DNA from: the human T2T-CHM13v2.0 reference genome, Homo sapiens
DNA length: 64,000 nt
NCBI RefSeq assembly: GCF_009914755.1
Contig: NC_060925.1
Strand: one strand, 5' to 3'
Part shown: positions 13,832 to 33,284 of the stretch, piece after piece
Layout: the number at the start of each line of letters is the position of its first letter
Numbering within the stretch: the stretch's first letter is position 1
Position numbers and translations under genes: made by a program
The notes under the pieces: generated by a model
Database searches by the model: none
The model's input: only the letters and a program-made list of their open reading frames with translations
What the model was told of the DNA's origin: nothing

Positions 13832-15711
13832 TAGCTGCAGTGTTATAGACAAGTCACAGGGGGATTTTTTTTTTTTTCCAGATTAGGATGTTTTGAGCCT
13901 GAGAATCTAATTAAACCAGCAGTATCCTGATAGAATTTGAACCTCCTCTACAAGAATGTAGGAGGAGAAAGAGAAAAATGATGTAAAGTCCAAGGTAGAA
14001 AGATGATTGTCGCTAGATAGCCAGGGAGTCTGACTTGACATATAGGACGATGTTCATCTCAGATGGAGAGGGACCCCCTGAACCAGAGGCTGCAGGGGAA
14101 GGTGTCAAGACTTATGCACTTTGGGAAAAATAGCTTTCCAGGTGATTAAGATGAAAAGTACACTCCTAGGGAAATAAACTTGCTTAGGTAATTGTTCTAA
14201 ATTACCTCACTTAATTGTTGTCACTTACTTTACCCTACTTTCCCAACAAATAATCTGCTCCTTTTTTCTTTTTTCTTTTTTTTTTTTTTTTTTGCCAAGA
14301 TGAAGGCCTGATAAGGATCTTCACCAGCAGCTGACCCTCAGTGTTCCCTAAAGCCAATAGAAACTATGATCAACCTCAGAATGAATCTGTTTAGGAGACG
14401 GATGAGGGAGGGAAGCCACAGACTATAACATCTTGGAAATCAACAACTTCCTCTTCTAAATTTTTGTAGGACCAGGCACCTTCCTTCCTCATTACTCAGA
14501 TTGTCTGAAAGAAGCACATCTTTTTGTCTCACAGCATTACTTCTTTCCACCTCCAGCTCTCATTATCAGGTTTAGGCTGATTCTATGAAAAGAAAGGTGG
14601 ATAAAAGGATTTTCAGTTGCAGCAGGATAATTTGGTAGCTGAAAGCCTGACAGCCATGTATTGGAAGTTATTCACCACATACCTCCTATTCCAGCACCAC
14701 AGCCAACTACATACAGTTGTCTAAGGCTGACCAGGTAGTAAAGGATGAAGCTGGGAAAACCAGTATCAACATCCCACAGGTGAACTGTACATTTTATTCT
14801 TTTTAAATTTGGTAATTTATTAAGCCTAAATAATCAGATGCACAAGACTGTCTTTTCAGCATGACTGTTAAGTCCACTACCGATCTCTGCTGGAATCCCT
14901 TCATCACAATGCATAAAGCTGATGTAAAATGAAGGAGAGCAGTGAGGAAGGGTATTTCCAGGAAAGGTTGTTAGATGGCTGACAAGAGATCTGCAAAGAA
15001 GGAGACATTTTCTTTGGTAATTTAGCCTCATTCCTTGGTCCTGTCTTCAACATTACATGTCTAGAAACTACAAGTGAATCATTCTTTTGGGGACAGACTC
15101 ACATTAACCAGTATTACATAAGCCTGATGTACGAGTCAGAATACCAACATGCTACTCATTAAAAGTTAATGCAACAAGTTGGCACATTCTCTTCCCTAGA
15201 CAAACACCTCTATGGGAAGCCAAATTTTAACCCAAGACCCAAAGACTCCCAAGTGCAAGACCAAGAGTCTTGGTCAGCAGGAATCACCAAGAGGAACTGA
15301 TGGATGATCAGTTCATCCATCAGTTGCTGGGCAATCTTAGCCACTAGTGCTGTCACACGCAGTTCCTCAAAGAAGCAGGGATGGAGAGCTAGGACATTCC
15401 AAGACCTGGACTGGGAACTGCACAATCCACTGTTGGCTCACTGTGGGGATTGGAATGGGGACCCAAGAGACCAGAACTTGACATGGAGGAGTACCAGTCC
15501 AGAACCAGGTATACTATCCAAACTGAGTCCCCAGAGAAATCCCCGGAGGAGAGTTGCAAACACAAAGCTACTTGTGAAGTCAGAGAAACGTGGGCAATGG
15601 GAAAGATGGTCTAACTAAAGAGGAAAGAAGCTGTGTTAACCACTCTTTGTTGATTTCCTGTAGTCACAATTAAATACATATGAAGACACAGATTTGGAGA
15701 AAAGCAATCCA

Positions 15712-16016
15712 GGCTAGGCACGGTGACTCAACGCCAGTAATCCCAGCAGTTTGGGAGGCCGAGGCGGGCGGATCACCTGAGGTCAGGAGTTGTTCGAGAC
15801 CAGCCTGGCCAACACGGTGAAACCCCATCTCTACCAAAAATACAAAAATTAGCTGGGCATGGTGGCGGACACCTGTAATCTCAGCTACTTGGGAGGCTGA
15901 GGCAGGAGAATCGCTTGAACCCAGGAGGCGGAGGTTGCAGTCAGTAGAGAATGCACCATTGTACTCTAGCCTGGGAGACGGAGCGAGACTCTATGTAGAA
16001 AGAAAAAAAAAAGGAA
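15712..16016 (+). mobile_element. AluS
   Basis: Full dimer; TSD AAAAGCAATCCA. Confidence 0.95.
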
Positions 16017-17477
16017 AAAAGCAATCCAGTTCTTAATAAAAATAAGAAATGTGTGGTAAAACAAATTCAAACAGTATGCCTGAGTATATGGTGAAAATAG
16101 TTTCCCCTTCTCACAGATTCACTGTTAGCAGTTTCAAGCACCAAGTTTTGAAAAACTACAGCAGTAGCTTCAGGATATTTTTTTAAGTGATGGATGGTCT
16201 GTAAGATTTTACTTCCAGAGATTGACTCAGTAGGTAGTACCAGGAACCCAGAATGTTGCCACGTCCAGGAGACTCTGATATGAGGTTAGGCTTAGACCCT
16301 ATCAGCCTAATCTGGCTCTAAGGATCTCCTGACCTTTCTGCAAAAGAGACCCCTAACCTGGGCTCCAGATCAGATCTTGGGTGGGCACTGGCTGAGCTGG
16401 CCTTACAATGCTCTTTATTATATGCCAGGCTGAGTCTACAACCATACGACCCTGAATGTGCCCAATCTCATCCTTGTATGCCAGGCTGATAAAACGTTTC
16501 CAAATGACACATTTAATTCTGTTCCCTAAATTCCAGCCATCTAACCCAGGAGACTTTTTCTCCTCTGCATCTAACAGATCCATCAGCTGTTGAACTCATA
16601 GTTGAACTATGAGCATTTTGATATCACCTTGTTGACTGCTCTTTGCCTACACATTGTGCTTTTTAAAGTGTCCTGAGAATGTGAGATCTGTGGGTTGAGG
16701 CAGTGAAGGCTCCTCATTCATCCCACAAATGATTTGAGGACTTACCATGTGCTGGACGTTATTTTAGGCACTGGCAACAGAGTAATAACCAAAGCATTTC
16801 TTGTTGGAATGCAGTCAGTCCTACTGGAATGAGATAGACACCAAAAAATAAGCAAGCTGGATACCCAAGTGTGGAATTCAAGAAAAAGATCCAGGCTGGA
16901 AATAGAAATGAGTATAATTGGCACAGAGATGATACTTAAAGCCATGAAACTGGGAAAGGTCCCCCAAGGGAGTGTCCTAAAAGTAAAAAGCTCAAAGAAC
17001 CCAGTCCTGGGGCATTTGTTCATGAAGCTACAGGGAGATGAGGAAGATTTGGCAAAGGAGACTGGAAAGCAATGGCCAGAAATGAAGCGAAGCAGAGGAG
17101 TGTGGTGTTTCTGTGTTAAGGCTTTTGTCCCCATCATTCTGGTCAGCAGCAACTAACTAGGTTTTGAATTGATGGGTGACACATCCATTAAGTCAGGGTA
17201 TCTGGAACAGTCTAAGAAAATCTCAGAGGAAGGATTATTAATTTAGGCCCTACAGGATGAGTAGAAATGGAGTAAGAATGGAAAAGCCTATTGCAAGAGA
17301 AGGAGAATGTACGAGCAAAGATCTGGAATCAGGAATAGTTCACTTGGAGGAGGTATGGGGAGAGCGGAGAGAGCAGAGAGGGAAGTTTTTGGGAAAGCTG
17401 AGTGTGGCTAAATTCAAGGCCTGAAAAAGGAGTTGGAACTTAGCTTAAATGAGGATAAAATATTGGATGCTCCAAGC

Positions 17478-17696
17478 CAGTGACTCAATCCAGCATGACT
17501 TCATTTGCCACCCCCTGCCCCAGGACATTTGGTATCTGGAGATATCTGTTATTGTCACTATGAGGTAGGGTGCTATTGGTATCTAAGGGGTAGAGATCAA
17601 GGGATCTTTTTAAAATAGCATACAGTGCACAGGATAGCCCCTGCCCAAGGAATTATCCAGCCAAAAATGTCACTGGTGCTGAGGCCAAGAACACTG
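17478..17696 (+). mobile_element. MER20
   Basis: GGACATTTGG...CTGGAGA...TGCACAGGATAGCCCC...GAATTATCCAGCCAAAAATGTC matches the consensus. Confidence 0.82.
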
Positions 17697-18251
17697 CCCT
17701 AAAATGCACTTTAGTGAACCCCTCATTTTTTAGCAGTAGGCACAGGCAGCTGTACTTGTTGGTGGCTTTGACGTTTTAGGGTTTAAACAATAAGATGCTA
17801 TTTCCTCCCCAGGTCTCCTCTCTTTTGTATTCTAGATATTAAAGTAGAAAAGAATTTCAGCATCATATTTCATATATACTATGTGAGGGAAGGGTGTTAG
17901 TATGTTTTCTTCTAGCTTAATTTCTAAGATTCCATCTTATTACCTGACCTTTCCAATGTCTGTTATGTCCAAAATAACCAAACAATACAATATAGTTGTA
18001 TGTCCCTGAATGTGTTCGTAATATGATTACCTCATTAGCACAGATGGTTCAGAGCCAAGATACTAGATACAAGATGCTAGAAAATTTTCCATTTTCTCCA
18101 AAGTGAGAGAGAAAGTGCTAGGCGGAGTATGCAGTATACACTTTTGTTTAAAAGACAGCAACATGCAAAAGCCAAATGTTTGCTTCACAACTAGAAATAC
18201 TGAAACAAAAAGAGGCAATATAGAATGCAAAAATTCTCATTTCCAGAGTGA

Positions 18252-18515
<264 letters not shown>

Positions 18516-18842
18516 TGAAGCTGATGAACATCTAGAATTTGAGCCACATGTTGCTGAAGTTAATATTCAAGGTAGGGTAATGACGTCAAGTGTTTCCTGG
18601 CAAAGCCAAATCAAACTTTTCCTTCCAGTATTTCTTCATCATGCAATCTACCGGGGGAAATATAAAGCGGTATGGAACCCTGGTATGAAGGGAAGATACA
18701 GTGTTATTTTGTCTTCTTTCAAATAACATAATGGAAAAGGCACTTTCCTTGGTTTGATTCTCACCTCTGGGTTTCAGACTCATGAACCCCAGCTTTACAA
18801 TCTTGGGTGGGTGAGCCATTTAACCCTTTAAACTTCTAAGCC

Positions 18843-19163
<321 letters not shown>

Positions 19164-19210
19164 AAACTTCTAAGCCCTGTGGTTGTTGAGATTTTTAAAA
19201 ATGACATACA

Positions 19211-25954
<6,744 letters not shown>

Positions 25955-26024
25955 GGACATACATTCAAGTACCCAGTCTAATACCTGATGCATAGTCAGT
26001 GCTTTATAAATAATTATAAAGCTA

Positions 26025-26245
26025 TTAATAGTATCATTGTTGAATACCTACTATCTGCCCAGCACATGTATTAACTAATTTTACCATTTCACCAACCTTA
26101 TGAGAATGGTGCTCTTATTTTATGCGTGAAGTAACTGAGCCACAATAAGTCTAAGCAACTTGGCCAAAGTGCACAGCTAAACAGGGCTGGAATCCATCTA
26201 TACCCAGGCAATCTGCATCCAGACCCCTTCAACCACGGTGCTGTA
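26025..26245 (-). mobile_element. MIR
   Basis: Degenerate AACTGAG...AAGCAACTTGGCCAAAGTGCACAGCTA...CCCAGGCAATCTG core. Confidence 0.7.
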
Positions 26246-26656
26246 TTGACCCACTAGCTCTTCCTTTTACTTCCGGGCAACTTGGAGTGTGGTGTTTTTC
26301 TCTCTCAGAAAAGTCATGTTATCTTTTCCGCTTAACACATGTATCCTGGCTTGAATTAAATGTCTGTAAATGTGACAATCTCTTTTAAGTTCCACAGACA
26401 TCAAATGACACTATTTTTTAGTCAAATACCATGGACAAGCTTAAGGGACTCATAATTCATTCATTGTGCTCTTATTGAGTGTAAAAATAACGTGTTTTCT
26501 AAGAGGGCAAAGTTATAACTTCGAAGAAAGTGTGAAGCCAGCAGGTCTCAGGAGGGAAAAGGAGCTTAAAACAGCTCAACACAGTGTTTCTGATTGTCAC
26601 AGTCAATGAAATTATGGAAGCTTACTTATAAGGGACTTGTGAAAAAAGTGATTTGG

Positions 26657-27318
<662 letters not shown>

Positions 27319-27684
27319 TTAGTACTTGAAAAATCTGATTAGTGGAGTTTTCTGTACTTATAAATCTCAGCTGCTCTTTTTCGGCATGAAGTATGTAATA
27401 ACATCTGTATATGCCAAGTTAACAAAAGGTTTTTCCTGCTGTCACTTCATTTTAAAACACTCTTTTCAGTGAGTGTATGTCCCAGTAACTGCACATACTT
27501 CTGTCCCCAAAGACAGAACACCGCCTCCTTTCTCCTAGGAGTATCGGATATGTAGTCACGTTTACCATGTTCTGAGCATTTTGCAAGGTAGTTGTACATC
27601 TCCCCTTTCCCTGGGGGGATTAGCCAAGGAACTGAATTATTCATTGCTTGATAAAGATTAAATTGTGTTTTTATTTAACACCAG

Positions 27685-27749
27685 GTCTAATTATTGATGC
27701 TTTTGGAGAACTAAGAGACCAACAGGAACAAGTCAAAGAAGACATGGAG
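27685..27749 (+). CDS. RYR2: RYR2 exon 102 (65 nt; [22 protein letters not shown]; S6 gate and cytoplasmic extension)
   Basis: acaccag acceptor, GAG|gtaagc donor; phase 1 start completes the Gly codon from exon 101. Confidence 0.97.
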
Positions 27750-28029
27750 GTAAGCTTCTCCATTCATGACTCAGCTTCTTTGTTGTCCTGGGCCCTCGTT
27801 TTCCTCACTACCTTTATCAATAGAATCATGAATGTGGGAAGGAGGAGGGGGAAGGGCACAACTTGTGGTTTCACTGGCGTGTTTTCCATTCAAGCAATAC
27901 ATATAGTTGAGCTGCGTGGTCGGCTGAAATTGTGGTGGACGCCACATGCATGCAAACAGCGATAGGACACCATCCTTTCCCTCCAGAAGTGGAGAGACTA
28001 TTCATTCGAAACCAAAGATTCAATGACAA

Positions 28030-28890
28030 GTAAATAGATGATTACAGAGCAGTGTGGTGAGTCCTTTATGGGAGTAAAGCCCTGGAGTGGTAGGGTCTCT
28101 AGGGCTGGTATCTGATTCACTCCTGGATGGTCAGGGAATTTCCTAGAAGAAGGGATGTCTGAGCTGAGGCCTGAAGACTGTGGAAGTCTGTGGGTTTGAT
28201 AAGGAGAGAGGAGGACAGTTTGGGCAACCTCCCAACCCCTTCTCCCACACCATGGACATCTCCAGGGGTACCATTCACAGTGGGACCTTTGAGCCCATCA
28301 CCACCTGAAATTATATACCAAGACTGATTTTAGGGAAGTTGATGTGCAGGTTTTTTTCTTAGCAGCCTCAGTGCTACCAGATGCAGATTAAATTCTGATG
28401 ATGAGGCTGGAAAGGAATACCAGTGAATGAAGAATATAATCACTCATTTGAGAAATTTACAGTTTAATATGTGGGCTGTGGGAAGCAAGAAAAGGGCTTT
28501 AAGCAGAGCAGCCAGATGATCAGATTTGCATTTTAAAAAGATAACTATGGTTTAAAATGTGAGGCATGAAGTAGAAACTGGCAAGAACAGGGACAGGGAA
28601 GTGGGCTGTCAGCATTTTCCAGGTGGGAGATTCTGAAGCTTTTGCTAGAGGTGGCACATGGGAGTTGGGCAAGTACTGCCTGAATCCATCTAGTTTCTGC
28701 ATCCTCAGCGAGGGACTTGGTGACTGACCAAATGGAGAAGATGGAGCAAGCAAGGGGATATCCAGGCTTCAGGCATTAGCCACCAGATGGATGGTGGCAT
28801 AGTTAGCTGACCTAGGGAACCCAGAGGAAGAACAGGTTCATCGGTAAAGCTGATGAGTGTGATTTGAGCCACTTCAATTTAAGAGACATC
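28030..28890 (-). mobile_element. L2 fragments
   Basis: GGTCAGGGAA...TCCTAGAAGAAGGGATGTCTGAGCTGAG and GGCTTTAAGCAG...GATCAGATTTGCATTTTAAAAAGAT motifs; boundaries approximate. Confidence 0.6.
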
Positions 28891-29833
28891 ATTGGAGTGG
28901 TATGAAGACCTGATCGATTGTTCTCCCCAGTTGCTCAATGTGACCTATCAGCTGTCAGCAGTTGTTGATCAGTAAGGCAGGAAGAATTTTATACACTATT
29001 ATAATCATCTTGATTGTAGTTCCTAAAATACGGGGTCTTATAAACATGCTTCAGATGGCATAAAACAGCTTACAACTGGCAGGGAAGGATGAGCACCAGA
29101 GTCACATGGGACAATTATTGAATACATTGCTTCTCCTTGGGTTTTGTGGACCAGGCCTATCTGCAAGGGGCAGACCTAAGCAGGTGCCCCTCTACAGGGT
29201 GCTTAGGAGAGGCGTGGTCCAGAGAAGGTGGAACCAAGAGGACCAGGAATCTGGTCCCTAGTGCCGAAAGTTGTTCTCCATTCACATCCACTGGCTAATT
29301 CTGTACCTAGCACAGCACCTGGAAGACCCTTGCTAAACTGTAGATGGGATGTCTCATAGCTTGGTATTTGATTTGGCCTTTTCTAAAGGAAAGTAATCTG
29401 TACCTATTCCCCCTTGGTCATCCGACTTTGTTTGGGTGGGTACTAAGTTTGTAGTTTCAGTTGAAGACACAGTTAATCCTGCTTAGATAACTTTAGTCAA
29501 TGTCATGAACAAGAGTTGATCACTAAGCCTGGACATTTTCACCTAGGCTAGAGAAAGGAAGAGACGTTGCTTTTCAGCCATCATCATCATCATCTTGTTC
29601 CCTGTCTGCGTCTGCTACTTCTTGCTGCTGGTACCTGTGTCATTTAAGCCAACACCAAGATATAGTTACAGCGACAGTTCCATTTATATTCGTGGGCTTG
29701 GCACAGCCTCCATGTGATGATCTTTGACGTGTATTGAGTGAACCAAATAATAGCTGCCCCTACATGGCGAGTTGTGTTTTCCTTTTGTTTTGCTTTCTGA
29801 ACTCTGACGTTAATATTTCCCTTTGTTTTCTAG

Positions 29834-29934
29834 ACCAAATGCTTCATCTGTGGGATAGGCAATGATTACTTCGACACAGTGCCACATGGCTTTGAAACCC
29901 ACACTTTACAGGAGCACAACTTGGCTAATTACTT
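29834..29934 (+). CDS. RYR2: RYR2 exon 103 (101 nt; [34 protein letters not shown]; C2H2 zinc finger of the CTD)
   Basis: ttttctag acceptor, CTT|gtgagt donor; CxxC...HxxxxH motif read directly from the sequence. Confidence 0.97.
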
Positions 29935-30817
29935 GTGAGTGTGCCCGTTTCAGAATCTTCCACCTCTCCAGTAGACGCCACTGGTCCCTGCCCATCTCAG
30001 AATAGAGAGGAAGTTTTTGTTTATTGTTTAAAAAATAATTGCTGCAGATACTTTAAAAGAAAGTCCAACAGCTAATGGCTCTCTTTTCCTCTGGAGTAGG
30101 TTGACTTAAGAGGTTAAGTTGCAGCTCTTCATGTAAGTGATGCTTTCTAGAACTTGAAATGAAGAGGTGGACAGGGAGGAGCAGGGCCTCTGTGGGAGTC
30201 TTGGTCATGTTTCTCATTTTAGATAGGAATTCTTAGGCTGCTTCCTAGGGAGATGCGAGTCTCCGTTTTTCTTCTTACAGATCTTAAGAGGACTTTCAGA
30301 TCTTGTCAGGCACTGTTGGATACCAACTTAAAAGCTTCATTTAAAAAAATATTAATACATAGAAATCTTTCCATTACTCGAGATTAGCCAAAAGTATAGT
30401 TTGGTAAAATGCTATTCTTACTCATTTTCCGACCCAATTTTAGTATCAAACAGAAGAGATGCCGAGTAGCATTATAGGGAAAAAAAATTGGCTTAACTAT
30501 ACTCAGTGGAACTTGATCAGTAAATTACAACTTCTCATTAAGCTAGTCTTCAGTTCTAATTCATCAGTGTTGATTTGATTCTGACCAGTGTGTATATTCC
30601 TAACTTGAAGCCTCTAGGGTCAAATAGCAACAGATCAGAAAAGTCAGGTCCACAGCCTTTCCTCTTTCTGGTACACTAATTTTTCCAAAAATTTGCATGT
30701 GGCGTTTTCTCTGTGCTGGCCATAATTGATTGCAACCATACAATTTATCTAAATATGCCCTGTTTATCCTAATATTTCCATACCGTTCATTTCTGATCAG
30801 TTTCTCTGTATCTGTAG

Positions 30818-30869
30818 GTTTTTTCTGATGTATCTTATAAACAAAGATGAAACAGAACACACAGGACAG
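30818..30869 (+). CDS. RYR2: RYR2 exon 104 (52 nt; L-FFLMYLINKDETEHTGQ)
   Basis: tctgtag acceptor, CAG|gtaggt donor; phase consistent with both neighbours. Confidence 0.97.
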
Positions 30870-31364
30870 GTAGGTAAATTATTACATGTCATCTTCTGAA
30901 AGAAATGATAGAGAAGCTCTAAATATCAGAACAAAATGTGTGCATTAAACAGTGAGGCACGGAATTACTTTCAGATATTAGTTGTGGTATCTTGATGTAA
31001 AGTTCCTGTTATGTTGAATGAGTATGGAAAAGATTGCCTTTGTTAAAGTAGAATTCTGTACTAAGTTTATGTAACACAATAAGCTTTTACTAACTGAAAA
31101 TGCTGGATTTGAGTTTTGAATTCCATTATTTTGAAAAATTGAGTTCTTAATTATTGCATAATGTCTTTGATTGTTTAATCAGATAGATGATTTCCAATGA
31201 ACTTCAAAGTATTATGTACAATGCATGTTAAATGCCTAAGGTGTTTAAGCTATTTGAAATTCCTCTTCCACTGTGCAGATTGTTAGTAGTCTGAATTTGA
31301 AGGATATGATATTTTAAGAGAACCCTCAGAAGCATAAATGTATATATATACACACACATATATA

Positions 31365-31729
<365 letters not shown>

Positions 31730-31850
31730 TAGGAACCATCTAAATTAATGTGGACTTCTCTATTCCGTGCGATATAGGTAACAGAATTGAGTTTCTACCT
31801 TATGTTTTGTTAGCACACACTTTGGGGAAAATGTTAATACATTTCCTTGA

Positions 31851-31955
<105 letters not shown>

Positions 31956-32891
31956 ACTCAGACCCAATCACCTCTAAAAACCAAAACCCTACCCCTCTCT
32001 CTCCCTCTCTCAATTTCTCTGCTCTCTTGGAAACATTTTGCTGATTTTGTGAATTGCCAGCGTTGTGTGTTTTCTGGGAGCATCGAAGCTCTGTTTCGGA
32101 AGAGCTGTTTCCTCCCCCCACCTTTTGTATTTACTTTGAGACTAAAGACTGAAGAATAATCTAAATTCATACTCAGACAAAAAAAGGAATTCTGGAAAGA
32201 AAACCATTCTGGACACTGTCATAACACACATAGATAGATTTTCTTCTGAGACTCCCGGAGTCTTCTCGAGCTACGAGACCTTCACAGAGACACGTGGCAG
32301 CCACACTCACCCAGCCTCTTTATTTCACCATCCTGGAAGGAAACTGTCTGTCTAATGGTCACAGAGCACTGTAGCACTTAACAGATTGCCATGGACACCA
32401 GTTGCGAAGGGAAATAGTGCCTTACTATATGTGGGTTGAGCTATGCAGAAGATACGTGCATGAAAAAACATCTTTATTTTCTTTATGTCGACCTTTCTTT
32501 TCTTAGATTGATTTTGTGAGGTTTTTTTTTTTTCCTTTAGTCTTTTCTTTAGTGGGGGAGGGTAAGAAAAGCAGTTTGCACTTAAAAAGAAAAAAAAAAA
32601 AACGGGTGGTGTGTCTCAGGACAAAAGGAGGCTCTTCTCATTCAGCTAAATTCACATTTGCCCCCCCCCGCCGCCCCCGCCCCCATATGCTCCTGCTATT
32701 ATTTTGGTAATGCTCTGATGCAACATTGCAACTTTATGAAATCTTTGTATGAAAACAAAAAGACTGCAAAAAATACACTTTCAAAAGAAACCATTCATTG
32801 CATGTTTATTATGCAAGTTTAAATGAACAAAGAAAACCTTCAGAAACAAGTTGATCAACGTGAGAGAAATTTCATGATAATTATTCATAGT

Positions 32892-32897
32892 AATAAA
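32892..32897 (+). terminator. Proximal poly(A) signal AATAAA
   Basis: Canonical hexamer followed by GT-rich sequence (gtgtcgtggg...ttgt). Confidence 0.55.
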
Positions 32898-33278
32898 GTG
32901 TCGTGGGCTTAATTGTATATCTGGAGCCAGTGTCATCCACCAACAATGTGATACAATATGAACTTGACAGTAGTTTTGGGTTTTGCTCATTCTTTCAGCC
33001 ACCTGTGATCAGTTTTGTTGATTAAGGACTTCTTGTCAGGCCATTTTTTAATATCAAAGCTGAAGCAATATCCATTCAGGGATTTCATCAGTTGCGTCAC
33101 AAAACACGGATGATAATATACATCACTCCATTTTTTCCATTTTGAGTCCTTTTAAATGTAATGCTAACCTTTACAATTAAAAAGTCAGATTCAGAATGGA
33201 AACAAGGTCATTTTGCAAACATTGGAGCTCTTTTATTACAAGTCTGCTTGTTAATTTTAGAACTGTAAAACCGCTCTG

Positions 33279-33284
33279 ATTAAA
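33279..33284 (+). terminator. Distal poly(A) signal ATTAAA
   Basis: Variant hexamer with a TGTA element just upstream (33264-33267) and a pyrimidine-rich tract downstream. Confidence 0.65.

Noticed and set aside
15210-17156. ORFs 15304..15618, 16742..17152 and 16869..17156
   Set aside because: No homology that I recognise; partly L2-like relic; most lack a true ATG start.
27750-27965. Open frame continuing past exon 102
   Set aside because: Chance intronic read-through past a strong GAG|gtaagc donor; retention would be an NMD substrate.
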